DNA of 32,000 bases from Pyrodictium abyssi (GTDB taxonomy: Archaea; Thermoproteota; Thermoprotei_A; Sulfolobales; Pyrodictiaceae): assembly GCF_036323395.1 (NCBI RefSeq), contig NZ_AP028907.1, positions 1,980,001 to 2,012,000 on the forward strand, in the 5' to 3' direction. Made by a program: the position numbers and the translations under genes. The notes under the pieces are model-generated. The model ran no database searches. It saw only the letters and a program-made list of their open reading frames with translations, and was not told the DNA's origin. Within the stretch, counting starts at the first letter, position 1, and every line of letters begins with the position of its first letter. Of this stretch, positions 1-8,579 are shown one piece after another.

Positions 1-477
1 TATAACGAATGGCGTGTTGGGGTTAGGCTTCCAGCCCGGTATCTTGTCAATCTTGTTAGCAGCTACTATGAATGGTACACGGCGCTGCTTGAGTATTTCT
101 ATCGACTCGTAGGTCTGGGGCTGGAACCCCTCATTGATGTCCACAACGAGTATAGCGAAGTCTGCGACGCTCCCGCCACGGCGCCGGAGATTGGTAAAGA
201 GTTCGTGGCCAGGCGTATCTATGAAGAGGAGCCCTGGTATTATCAGCTTGAAGGGAATAAGCTTCTTCAGGGGCTCGGCGAGCTTCTCTATGACGCTCGC
301 CGGTACAACGCTGGCGCCGACATGCTGCGTGATAAGCCCGGGCTCCTTGGCTGTCACCGCTGTTCCTCTTATCCGGTCAAGGAGCGTGGTCTTGCCATGG
401 TCCACGTGGCCTAGCACAACCACTATAGGCTGCCTTAGCCGCTTGCCTGTAGATTGTCCGCCGGCCGTGCCGGACAA
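1..477 (-). CDS. infB: translation initiation factor aIF5B (IF-2 family GTPase), N-terminal part; the gene continues past the window start
   Basis: It is absent from the ORF track because it runs off the window. My reverse-strand translation reads [46 protein letters not shown]...[10 protein letters not shown]...[12 protein letters not shown], giving G1, G3 and G4 motifs in aIF5B-type context. TTG at 477 is the only canonical in-frame start upstream of G1. The frame is consistent down to base 1. Confidence 0.85.
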   Translation of the reverse strand, partial: MSGTAGGQSTGKRLRQPIVVVLGHVDHGKTTLLDRIRGTAVTAKEPGLITQHVGASVVPASVIEKLAEPLKKLIPFKLIIPGLLFIDTPGHELFTNLRRRGGSVADFAILVVDINEGFQPQTYESIEILKQRRVPFIVAANKIDKIPGWKPNPNTPFVI

Positions 478-697
478 AGTGACGTCACCCGTGCTAGCAG
501 CATGCAGCCACCCTACTATAACGTAATAGCCGCAATAGCTGTACGAGACTTCCCGGCCCGGGGGCCTACACTAGGCTCCTGCTCCAAGATACCAAATAAA
601 GGGGTCCGGACTCCTCCACGCCGTGGCCCTCCGTTGAAGGAGGGATGCTGGGCCCGCAAAGGGCCCGGGGATGAACCTCCTGGAGGTGTAGGAGACG

Positions 698-1351
698 GTG
701 CCCGAGTTCAAGATAGTAATATCGGACCCTGGAGCTAAGGCAGACTCCCCCGTGCTAAAGGTGAAGATCAAGGGCGACGAGAACATAGAGTATGGCGAGG
801 AGGAGAAGAGCCAGCGCAAGCTACCAGTCTGCAAGGCCAATCCCAAGCTTATAGAAAAGCTGGGCGCGATACACAACATAATCACTGTGAGGATAAGGAA
901 GGAGGAGAAGAAGATTAAGCACACTTGCAGGGTAGTGGCCGATGCAGAGGTGCCAGAGGACGAGGTACGCGTAAGCCTAGAATGGCTCGGTGACGCTGCT
1001 GGAGTGGAAGAGGCAGAGGGTGAGGTATTCCGCGCTAAGGCGTGGCAGATAGCGATAACAAGTCCTCAGGCAGACCAGCTGATAGGCCTAAAGATAGGCG
1101 ACACCTTCGACGGCGGGCTCGTAGGGCTCCCCGGCTACCAGCTAAAGATACGCGGCGGTAGCGACAGCAGCGGCTTCCCAATGCTTCCCTCAATACCCGG
1201 CCCAGTGAAGAAGCGAGTACTGCTATCCGGCCCACCGGGCTTCCATCCACGTGAGAAGGGCGAGAGGAGGAGGAAGACAGTACGCGGCAATACGATAACA
1301 CACGACATAGTCCAGATAAACACCGTAATAGTTTACCCAGAGAACAAGTAA
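698..1351 (+). CDS. rps6e: 30S ribosomal protein S6e
   Basis: The N-terminus MPEFKIVISDPG, the RGGSDSSGFPM motif and the basic ERRRKTVRGN tail are S6e hallmarks. The start is GTG, with GGAGGTG (683-689) 8 nt upstream. Confidence 0.9.
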   Translation: MPEFKIVISDPGAKADSPVLKVKIKGDENIEYGEEEKSQRKLPVCKANPKLIEKLGAIHNIITVRIRKEEKKIKHTCRVVADAEVPEDEVRVSLEWLGDAAGVEEAEGEVFRAKAWQIAITSPQADQLIGLKIGDTFDGGLVGLPGYQLKIRGGSDSSGFPMLPSIPGPVKKRVLLSGPPGFHPREKGERRRKTVRGNTITHDIVQINTVIVYPENK

Positions 1352-1516
1352 AAGCCGCGCCAGAGCCGGGCAGCCTAGCACCAAAGGCTTGATGGATGGT
1401 TTTAGGTGGTCTCTACCTCTGCCTCCTCCTCTCCGGGCAATCAACTACAGCAGTGATACAAGCCTAGCCTTCTTTATTCCCTTAGCTCTAGGCACTAGGG
1501 GTGGGGTGCGTCAGTA

Positions 1517-2782
1517 TTGGCGAAGTTCGATATGGATGAAATTGAAGCACAGCGGCAACGGCAGCCCGAGGTCAACATAGGTACTGCAGGACACGTAGAC
1601 CATGGCAAAACTACGCTGGTGCAGGCCCTTACCGGCGTCTGGACAGCAAAGCATAGCGAGGAGCTGAAGAGAGGCATGACTATAAAGCTTGGCTATGCCG
1701 AGGGCGAGGTATGGTACTGCGAGGGCGCCGAAGGGCCGGAAGCATACCAACCCTTCCCCGAGCTCTGCCCGGAGGGTACGGTGCCTAAGCTTCTCCGAAA
1801 GGTCTCCTACGTGGACGCGCCTGGACACGAGATACTAATGGCAACGATGCTTTCAGGAGCAGCGTTGATGGACGGCGCTCTCCTCGTCATAGCGGCCAAC
1901 GAGCGTTGTCCCCAGCCACAGACCTACGAGCACCTAATGGCTCTAGACATAGTAGGGGTTCACAACATAGTCCTGGTGCAGAACAAGGTTGATGTAGTAA
2001 GCCCGGAGAGAGCCCGGGAAAGCTACCAAGAGATAAAGGAGTTCGTAAAGGGCACGTTCGCAGAGAACGCTCCCATAATACCGGTGAGTGCTCTCCACAA
2101 AGTCAACGTAGACGCGGTACTCATGGCTATGGAGCACCTTATACCGACGCCAAAGCGGGACCCTGCCAAACCACCACTAATGTTCATAGCCAGGAGCTTT
2201 GACGTAAACAAGCCAGGCACCCCTGTCGAGGAGCTAAGAGGCGGTGTAGTAGGCGGATCGCTCATACAAGGTGTCCTCCGCGTTGGTGACGAGATAGAGA
2301 TAGTACCCGGTGTACGTGTAGAGGAAAGGGGCAGGGTACGCTATGAGCCCCTAGTAACAGAGGTCACAAGCCTACGCTTCGGCAACCTAGAGGTAGACGA
2401 AGCCAAGCCAGGCGGCCTGGTAGCAGTAGGCACTAAGCTCGACCCATCCGTGGCCAAGGCAGACAACCTAGTAGGCAACATACTAGGAAAGCCCGGGCAC
2501 CTGCCACCCGTACGCGATACCATAAGGCTAGAGTACTACATGCTTGAGCGAGTCGTCGGTGCACGCGACCTAGTCAAAGTGCCACCGCTGAGGCAGAGAG
2601 AGATAGTGATGTTGACTGTCGGTACAGCGATAACTCTCGGCGTTGTGGCAAACGCTGGCAAGGACGAGATAGAGGTCAAGCTACGTAGACCGGTAGCAGC
2701 ATGGGAGGGCGCTAGAGTAGCGATATCCAGGCAGGTCCTTGGACGCTGGAGGCTGGTTGGATGGGGATTGGTAAAAGACTAA
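1517..2782 (+). CDS. eif2g: translation initiation factor aIF2 gamma subunit
   Basis: GTPase motifs [16 protein letters not shown] and QNKVD are present, with the aIF2-gamma-type context [19 protein letters not shown]. The start is TTG 1517 or ATG 1531. Confidence 0.95.
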   Translation: MAKFDMDEIEAQRQRQPEVNIGTAGHVDHGKTTLVQALTGVWTAKHSEELKRGMTIKLGYAEGEVWYCEGAEGPEAYQPFPELCPEGTVPKLLRKVSYVDAPGHEILMATMLSGAALMDGALLVIAANERCPQPQTYEHLMALDIVGVHNIVLVQNKVDVVSPERARESYQEIKEFVKGTFAENAPIIPVSALHKVNVDAVLMAMEHLIPTPKRDPAKPPLMFIARSFDVNKPGTPVEELRGGVVGGSLIQGVLRVGDEIEIVPGVRVEERGRVRYEPLVTEVTSLRFGNLEVDEAKPGGLVAVGTKLDPSVAKADNLVGNILGKPGHLPPVRDTIRLEYYMLERVVGARDLVKVPPLRQREIVMLTVGTAITLGVVANAGKDEIEVKLRRPVAAWEGARVAISRQVLGRWRLVGWGLVKD

Positions 2783-3174
2783 AACGAGTCGTTTATGACA
2801 CAAGCATACTTATGCTCCTCTATGAAGGCGTCCCTGTCTTCGAGGAAAGCGCCTCTCTACTCCTATCCAAGCCAGAATGCATAGTCCCACGGCAAGTCCA
2901 GGATGAGCTAAAGAAGCTTGCTGAGACAGCTGGCTCCATACACCGTAGAAAAGCAGCACGTCTCGCCCTAGAAGCTATAAGAAAGATGGGCTGCAGGATA
3001 GTAGACGTGGATGCGGATAGCACGGATGACGCTATAATAGCTATAGTTGTGTCCGACCCCGAAGCCATAGTGGCTACAGCCGATAACGAGCTTAGGAGAA
3101 GACTGAGAGAAATAGGGCTCCCAAATATATACTACCGTAGGTCACGTCATGGCTTGATGCTCGAAGGCGCGTAG
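2761..3174 (+). CDS. PIN-domain protein, Fcf1/Utp24-like (COG1412 type)
   Basis: The acidic PIN residues sit in the expected order: [35 protein letters not shown]. The gene occupies the conserved slot between aIF2-gamma and rpoE1. It overlaps eif2g by 22 nt. Confidence 0.8.
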   Translation: MGIGKRLKRVVYDTSILMLLYEGVPVFEESASLLLSKPECIVPRQVQDELKKLAETAGSIHRRKAARLALEAIRKMGCRIVDVDADSTDDAIIAIVVSDPEAIVATADNELRRRLREIGLPNIYYRRSRHGLMLEGA

Positions 3175-3322
3175 ATGGGAGTCGTCCTGGCCGTAGAGCG
3201 TAGAACCATAACGTTATTAGCCGCGTAGCGGACACACTTAATACTTCCCAGCCTCTAGCCTCGGGCTTGGCGCTCCTAAAGAGTAGTGTGAGCAACGCTG
3301 AGGCTTACCCGAGGGTGACAAC

Positions 3323-3874
3323 TTGTACATGATATACCGGGTTAGAGACACTGTTAGGATACCGCCAAGCCTGTTCGGCATGCCTCTCGAGGAGGCAGCG
3401 CTGCAGGTACTCACTGAAAAGTACGTGGGCTACGTTCACCCAGATATGGGAATCATAGTAGCTATATTCGACGTTAAGGTTAGCGAAGAGGGGCGTATCA
3501 TACCGGGCGACGGCGCAACCTACCACGAGTCAGAGTACAGCGTGCTCGCGTTCAAACCAGTAGTAAAAGAGGTAGTGGAAGGCGTCGTGGTTAACGCTCA
3601 GCAGTACGGCTTGTGGGTGAACCTTGGGCCTGTAGAGGGCTTTGCACACGTAACACAGCTGATGGACGACCGCGTCATGTTTGATCCGCAGCGCAAGGCG
3701 CTCATCGGAGAGCGCACCAGGCGTATAGTGGAGGTAGGTGACGTGGTTAGAGCAAGAGTGGTATCAGTATCGATACCGTCAGAGCCTACAATGAGGCCAA
3801 GGATACAGTTGACTATGCGGCAGCCATACCTGGGTAAACCGGAATGGTATAAGAAGGCTGGGCAGCAAGAGTAA
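3323..3874 (+). CDS. rpoE1: DNA-directed RNA polymerase subunit E' (Rpo7)
   Basis: The N-terminus is of the type (Y)RVRDTVRIPPSLFG. An S1-like C-terminal half follows (GVVVNAQQYGLWVNLGPVEGFAHVTQL...GDVVRARV). Synteny with spt4 supports the call. Confidence 0.9.
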   Translation: MYMIYRVRDTVRIPPSLFGMPLEEAALQVLTEKYVGYVHPDMGIIVAIFDVKVSEEGRIIPGDGATYHESEYSVLAFKPVVKEVVEGVVVNAQQYGLWVNLGPVEGFAHVTQLMDDRVMFDPQRKALIGERTRRIVEVGDVVRARVVSVSIPSEPTMRPRIQLTMRQPYLGKPEWYKKAGQQE

Positions 3875-3886
3875 ACCTGTAACCGC

Positions 3887-3917
3887 AGATACCTGCACGG
3901 TATCTAAGTCTGTTTTA
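3887..3917 (+). terminator. hairpin plus T-run downstream of rpoE1
   Basis: AGATACC (3887-3893) pairs with GGTATCT (3899-3905). A TTTT run at 3913-3916 follows, 13 nt after the rpoE1 stop. Function is inferred from archaeal oligo-T termination. Confidence 0.4.
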
Positions 3918-4012
3918 ACACGATTGTATTCATTGCATACAGTGTTTCGTAGTACCTTGCTGGCTGGTCGCATTCATATCGGTTTCAACAGTTCAACGGG
4001 GTTGGAGTAGGT

Positions 4013-4228
4013 ATGTCTGCAAGGAGGGTTAGGGTACCACCTTTCAAAGCGTGTAGGAAGTGTAAGAGCCTAGTACCACGCGAGGCCTCTCGCTGTCCAG
4101 TCTGTGGCTCTACAGACCTATCAGAGGACTGGGAGGGGGCGCTGGTAGTAATAGACCCAGAGAAGTCGGTAATAGCAAAGAAGCTCGAGATAACAAAGCC
4201 CGGGAGATACGCAATAAAGGTAAGGTAA
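4013..4228 (+). CDS. spt4: transcription elongation factor Spt4 (RpoE'')
   Basis: A 71-aa protein with the zinc ribbon CRKC...CPVCG followed by EDWEG..VVIDPEKSVIAKKL, directly downstream of rpoE1. Confidence 0.85.
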   Translation: MSARRVRVPPFKACRKCKSLVPREASRCPVCGSTDLSEDWEGALVVIDPEKSVIAKKLEITKPGRYAIKVR

Positions 4229-4352
4229 TGTGTGGAGAAAAGGTCCAGAAGGCCGGCTGCCCCGAGCCACTCTCTAAGATGCCTAAGGCGCCAAAACCAG
4301 GAGCCACGGTAAGGGCTCGACAGCGGTATCCTGCATGTGGGTGTTTTAGGCG

Positions 4353-4898
4353 ATGAGTATGATTGGTACACCCCTCTGTATGCCGGATGAGCTTAGGCCA
4401 CTCCTCGCCTCCCGGACGCCGCGTGGGAGACTAGTCCCGAGCCTAGCCCACGTACTAGCTGAGCTAAGGTACTCAAGGCTAATAGTGATAGGGGATAGGG
4501 TGACGAGGACAGCGTTCGAACTAGGCCTAGAGCCTGTGCTAGCCATATACGACTGTGTGGAAATGCGGGAGAACATTGAGTGTCCAGAGCCGCCTAGCCA
4601 CTATCGGCGCGAGGCTGTGTCCAACCCACGTTCGTCGATTTCGTTTGAAGCCGCTAGGGCTATCCGGGACGCGATACGACAGGGAGCTAACACCGCTATA
4701 CAGGTTTATGGCGAGGAGGATCTACTCGCCATACCAGCGATACTATACGCTGATACAGGGTATGTAGTAGCCTACGGTCAGCCATCCCGCGGGGTTGTAC
4801 TAGTCCGGGTTGACTCGTATGTTAAGAGGCTTGTAGCTAATCTCCTACACAGTTTTGAGCCATGCAGTGCAAGCTCGCCGGGAAAGACTAAAGAATAA
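4353..4898 (+). CDS. DUF359 family protein, probable GTP-dependent dephospho-CoA kinase
   Basis: Family-typical blocks are VIGDRVTRTAFELGLEPVLAIYDCVEMRE and VYGEEDLLAIPAILYADTGYVVAYGQPSRGVVLV. The gene sits in the conserved slot after spt4. The start could also be 4359 or 4380. Confidence 0.75.
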   Translation: MSMIGTPLCMPDELRPLLASRTPRGRLVPSLAHVLAELRYSRLIVIGDRVTRTAFELGLEPVLAIYDCVEMRENIECPEPPSHYRREAVSNPRSSISFEAARAIRDAIRQGANTAIQVYGEEDLLAIPAILYADTGYVVAYGQPSRGVVLVRVDSYVKRLVANLLHSFEPCSASSPGKTKE

Positions 4899-4948
4899 AC
4901 CCGGGAGGCCCGGTGTCTCCACGGGGCTAGACAGTAGGGTACTGCGAG

Positions 4949-5341
4949 GTGGCGGTAGTGTCTCAGACAAGCACGCCTATGGATATGATCGAACTACTAA
5001 GACCCAAGGACGCGAAAAAGCTCGAAGTAGACCTTGGTGAGGGCTATGAAGTATATGCGGTAAAGGACTGGTACAACCCGCTGATAAAGCGCCGTGAGCT
5101 GGACGTGATAATACTTCATGTTGGCAAGCCTACTCCTAGCCGTATGAAGCTCCGCTACGCCTTCTCGAAGGCACTAAACGTGGACATCAAGAGGCTATAC
5201 ATAAGGAAGGTGCTAAGCGAGTACGGTGTCGGGAGGACCAAGGCCGAGATACACGTGTATGATACACCAGAGCGTGCGCTACAGTTTGAGCCAAAGCACA
5301 TCATAGAGCGCAACAAGCTGCCAGAAGAGGAAGAGGAGTAA
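4949..5341 (+). CDS. rps24e: 30S ribosomal protein S24e
   Basis: NPLIKRRELDVIILHVGKPTPSRMKLR...EYGVGRTKAEIHVYDTPE matches the S24e pattern. The start is GTG 4949 or ATG 4979/4985. Confidence 0.9.
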   Translation: MAVVSQTSTPMDMIELLRPKDAKKLEVDLGEGYEVYAVKDWYNPLIKRRELDVIILHVGKPTPSRMKLRYAFSKALNVDIKRLYIRKVLSEYGVGRTKAEIHVYDTPERALQFEPKHIIERNKLPEEEEE

Positions 5342-5386
5342 CCCTCAAACAGGGGAGAAAAGGCAAACGCGTGGGGTGCATAAGTC

Positions 5387-5578
5387 GTGGCCAAGGAGGG
5401 GCTTAAGCTATACGTGCACAAGCTATACGAGTACGACTACAACACTGGCACAATAAAGCGTAAGAACAAGATATGCCCGCGCTGCGGCAGCTTCATGGCT
5501 TTCCACAAGAAGCCGGTGCCGAGGTGGCACTGTGGCAAATGCGGCCATACAGAGTTCGTCAGGGAGTCTGGCAAGTAA
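5387..5578 (+). CDS. rps27ae: 30S ribosomal protein S27ae
   Basis: A 63-aa protein with the zinc ribbon CPRCGSFM...HCGKCGH, in the conserved position after rps24e. Confidence 0.9.
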   Translation: MAKEGLKLYVHKLYEYDYNTGTIKRKNKICPRCGSFMAFHKKPVPRWHCGKCGHTEFVRESGK

Positions 5579-6617
5579 CCCCCGCAGCCTATACCGTGGG
5601 TTAGAATGGGACCGCGAAGTCTACATACTAGGCATAGAGTCTACGGCTCACACTTTTGGCGTAGGCATAGCCTCCACTAAGCCACCCTACATCCTGTCCA
5701 ACGTCCGTGACGTATACCGGCCAAAGGAAGGGGGTATTCATCCACGCGAAGCTGCTAGCCACCACGCAAAAGTAGCACCGACAGTTCTACGCGAGGCACT
5801 CCGGCAAGCAGGCCTCAGCATAAACGATGTAGACGGTATTGCTGTAGCGCTCGGACCTGGCCTGGGTCCAGCACTGAGGGTTGGCGCGACTATAGCTCGT
5901 GGTCTCTCAGCCTACTACTCGAAGCCGCTTATACCGGTGAACCATGCACTTGCCCATATAGAGATAGGGAGGCTTGCAACCGGTTTCAGTGATCCGCTAG
6001 TTCTCTACGTCTCTGGAGGAAACACGATGGTAGCAGCTTTTGCCAAAAAACGTTACCGTGTATTCGGCGAGACACTCGACATAGCACTGGGTAATCTCCT
6101 TGACACGTTCGCAAGGGATGCTGGCCTAGCACCCCCATATGTTGTAGACGGTCTCCACGCGGTGGATCGCTGCGCAGAAGACGCTACTAGGCCGGCTGAC
6201 CTCCCATACGTGGTAAAGGGTATGGATGTCTCTTTCTCCGGCCTCCTTACAGCCGCTCTAAGAATGTGGAAGAGCGCGAAGACAGAGCGCCCGGCTATAT
6301 GCCTTGGTCTACGCGAGATAGCCTACGGAGCTGCGGTAGAAGTCGCAGAAAGAGGGCTAGCACACACTAGGAAGAACTCTGTACTCGTGACAGGCGGTGT
6401 AGCGGCAAGTCCTATACTCCGCAGAAAGATCGAGGAGATGGTCAAGTACCACGGAGCGTCTGCGGGCTATCCGCCTCCCTCGCTGGCGGGGGACAACGGT
6501 GCTATGATAGCATGGGTTGGGCTACTAAACTTCCTAGCAGGTATAACGATCAGCCCCGAAGAGGCTGTGGTGAGGCAGCGTTGGAGGCTAGACTCGGTGG
6601 AGGTTCCGTGGCGCTAG
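5532..6617 (+). CDS. kae1: tRNA N6-adenosine threonylcarbamoyltransferase Kae1 (KEOPS catalytic subunit)
   Basis: Motifs [32 protein letters not shown] and GDNGAMIAW are present. The only canonical in-frame start is GTG 5532, which lies inside rps27ae, so the real N-terminus is uncertain (see findings). Confidence 0.9.
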   Translation: MANAAIQSSSGSLASNPRSLYRGLEWDREVYILGIESTAHTFGVGIASTKPPYILSNVRDVYRPKEGGIHPREAASHHAKVAPTVLREALRQAGLSINDVDGIAVALGPGLGPALRVGATIARGLSAYYSKPLIPVNHALAHIEIGRLATGFSDPLVLYVSGGNTMVAAFAKKRYRVFGETLDIALGNLLDTFARDAGLAPPYVVDGLHAVDRCAEDATRPADLPYVVKGMDVSFSGLLTAALRMWKSAKTERPAICLGLREIAYGAAVEVAERGLAHTRKNSVLVTGGVAASPILRRKIEEMVKYHGASAGYPPPSLAGDNGAMIAWVGLLNFLAGITISPEEAVVRQRWRLDSVEVPWR

Positions 6618-7288
6618 AGGGTCTGGAAGAGCTGGGGAAGCCTCACTACAAGGGTGCAGAGGCGTACCTGTACGTAATAGAGTGGCTTGGCCGTAAGGCT
6701 GTACTGAAGCTACGTATACCAAAACACTATCGCCACCCACTGCTGGACAGGAGGCTTCGATGGCGTCGTACAGTCAACGAGGCGAGAGCCGTCCTAGCCG
6801 CTATCATGGCTGGTGTAAACGCCCCAGCGATATACTATGTGGACCCCGTGGCCGGCGCAATAGTCATGGAGTATATCGACGCGGTTAGCCTCTACGAGGT
6901 CATAGAGAAGAAGCCGGAGGCAGCAGTGCAATATGCACGTAGACTCGGCGAGGCTGTGGGTACCCTGCACGCCAGAGGAATAAGTCATGGAGACCTGACG
7001 ACGAGTAACGTGCTCACCAGGGGCGGCGACGTCTACCTGATAGACTTTGGGCTAGCATCCTTAAAGAGTAGTGAACGCGAGCAGGCAGTGGATGTGCATC
7101 TCTACCTGCGTAGCCTCGAATCAACGCACCCAGATCACGTCGATACAATGCTTGAGGCGTTCCTAGAGGGCTACATGTCTGTCCGCGGGGGAGCAGTGAC
7201 AGAGAAGATTATGCAGCTTGTCCGTGAGATAAGGCTTATGGGTAGATACAAGGAGGAGAGGAGGACGGCATGGCAGCAAGAAGAGTAA
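6608..7288 (+). CDS. bud32: Kae1-associated kinase Bud32 (KEOPS subunit)
   Basis: Blocks KGAEAYLY, KHYRHPLLDRRLRWRRTVNEARA, the catalytic loop HGDLTTSNVL and LIDFGL are present. The ORF is open from 6512. GTG 6608 overlaps the kae1 stop by 10 nt and gives a normal-length protein. Confidence 0.85.
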   Translation: MALEGLEELGKPHYKGAEAYLYVIEWLGRKAVLKLRIPKHYRHPLLDRRLRWRRTVNEARAVLAAIMAGVNAPAIYYVDPVAGAIVMEYIDAVSLYEVIEKKPEAAVQYARRLGEAVGTLHARGISHGDLTTSNVLTRGGDVYLIDFGLASLKSSEREQAVDVHLYLRSLESTHPDHVDTMLEAFLEGYMSVRGGAVTEKIMQLVREIRLMGRYKEERRTAWQQEE

Positions 7289-7842
7289 TATACATAGCTA
7301 CATCAAACATGCACAAGGTCGAGGAGATAAGGAATGTCCTCCAGGGCTGCAGATACAGTGTTGAACCAATAGATGCCCCCAAGCTCGAAATACAAGGGGA
7401 TCTCCAGAAGGTAGCACTCTACGCAGCTACCGTAGCCTACAGTATAACCAGCAAACCCGTAATCGTTGAGGATGCTGGCCTCTTTATTGAGGCTCTCAAA
7501 GGGTTCCCAGGCCCCTACTCGGCCTACGTCTATAAGACGATAGGCATAGAAGGCATACTAAGGCTAATGCGTGGCGTCGACAACAGGCGGGCGCACTTCT
7601 ACTCAGTGATAGCGCTAGCCCATAGTAAGGGTGTAACACTCTTTGAAGGACGATGTGATGGTAGGATAGCTGACGAGCCTCGCGGCACTAAGGGGTTTGG
7701 CTTTGACCCGATATTTGTGCCGGAAGGAAGTACTAGAACATTCGCTGAAATGGATGTAGAGGAGAAGAACCGGTACTCGCACCGTGCCCGTGCAGCAAGG
7801 GCTCTGTGCAACTGGTTAAAGGAGAACCCACACGTGCTCTAA
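7270..7842 (+). CDS. non-canonical purine NTP pyrophosphatase (ITPase, HAM1/RdgB family)
   Basis: Family blocks are IATSNMHKVEE, EDAGLFIEAL.GFPGPYSA, FGFDPIF and RYSHRARA. The gene overlaps bud32 by 19 nt. Confidence 0.9.
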   Translation: MAARRVIYIATSNMHKVEEIRNVLQGCRYSVEPIDAPKLEIQGDLQKVALYAATVAYSITSKPVIVEDAGLFIEALKGFPGPYSAYVYKTIGIEGILRLMRGVDNRRAHFYSVIALAHSKGVTLFEGRCDGRIADEPRGTKGFGFDPIFVPEGSTRTFAEMDVEEKNRYSHRARAARALCNWLKENPHVL

Positions 7843-7867
7843 GACTCGCCAGCTTAGAGGCTATAGA

Positions 7868-7875
7868 GTTTATTA
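7868..7875 (+). promoter_or_regulatory. TATA-box-like element upstream of rps15
   Basis: GTTTATTA lies about 120 nt upstream of GTG 7988. If used, it predicts a leader of about 85-90 nt. The Shine-Dalgarno-like GAGGTGA sits at 7975-7981. Confidence 0.35.
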
Positions 7876-7919
7876 GGCCCGAGACCGGCTTCCCGCCTCC
7901 ATGGCCCGGTCGGGGACAG

Positions 7920-7942
7920 GGAGCCCCGGGAGTAGGGGCTCC
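7920..7942. repeat. inverted repeat / hairpin with AGCCCC-GGGGCT core
   Basis: GGAGCCCC (7920-7927) pairs with GGGGCTCC (7935-7942) across a 7-nt loop. The element lies in the rps15 upstream region. Confidence 0.6.
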
Positions 7943-7987
7943 GGTAGGCTCTCTAGGGCTCCTACTCGCCGGGAGAGGTGAGCAGCT

Positions 7988-8461
7988 GTGGCAGGTAAGA
8001 GGAGAAAGAAGGGTAGGTCACACTCGACAAGACCGGCTAGCCCTACAGTCCCTAAGTGGGTCCAGTACGACCCAGAGGAGATAGAGGAGATAATAGTAGA
8101 CCTAGCGAGGAAGGGCTACGGCCCTAGCATGATAGGCATAATACTGAGGGACCAGTTCGGCATCCCACTAGTCAAGCCGATACTAGGCAAGACTATAGTA
8201 GAGGTCCTGGAAGAGCATGGTATAAAGATGGTTGTGCCAGAGGACCTCTTCCGCCTCATAGAGAAGGCTGTGAACCTCCGCCGCCACCTAGAGGAGCACC
8301 CGAAGGACACCCACGCCAAGAAGGGTCTACTAGACCTCGAGTCGAAGATACGCAGGCTCGCTGAGTACTACAAGAGGGTAGGTAAGCTGCCAAAGGACTG
8401 GCGCTACGACCCACAGCGCGCAAAGCTACTAGTAGCAGGCGGTCTATACCAGGAGCAGTAA
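7988..8461 (+). CDS. rps15: 30S ribosomal protein S15 (uS15, S13e type)
   Basis: [22 protein letters not shown]...[34 protein letters not shown] is the typical archaeal S15/S13e sequence. The start is GTG. Confidence 0.9.
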   Translation: MAGKRRKKGRSHSTRPASPTVPKWVQYDPEEIEEIIVDLARKGYGPSMIGIILRDQFGIPLVKPILGKTIVEVLEEHGIKMVVPEDLFRLIEKAVNLRRHLEEHPKDTHAKKGLLDLESKIRRLAEYYKRVGKLPKDWRYDPQRAKLLVAGGLYQEQ

Positions 8462-8579
8462 ACGCCTATCACTACTCCTCGTTCGTTAATACTGTACTCC
8501 GCTCCTAGTTTTGAGGGATAGGGGAAGGTAATTCTAGGCAGAGTTTGCCTGTGCATCTACGCTACGGGGATACCATAGG

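Noticed and set aside
134-738. Plus-strand ORFs 134..526, 205..414 and 454..738
   Set aside because: The first two lie antisense to the clearly recognisable aIF5B GTPase domain. The third runs through the aIF5B/rps6e promoter spacer. Their compositions are Pro/Arg/Ser-rich and show no motifs.
1385-1465. A possible C/D-box sRNA with terminal stem AGGCTT/AAGCCT, TGATGG near the 5' end and GTGA near the 3' end
   Set aside because: The boxes are non-canonical (UGAUGG rather than UGAUGA, GUGA rather than CUGA). I found no internal C' or D' boxes. The 81-nt length exceeds the usual archaeal size of 50-60 nt.
6512-6607. N-terminal 32-residue extension of the bud32 ORF
   Set aside because: It lies wholly inside the kae1 3' end in another frame. 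GTG 6608 gives a canonical Bud32 length, with the start just before KGAEA.
7806-8084. A 92-aa ORF across the ITPase-rps15 spacer
   Set aside because: It is Gly/Arg/Pro-rich, overlaps the starts and ends of two real genes, and is better explained as a structured non-coding leader.
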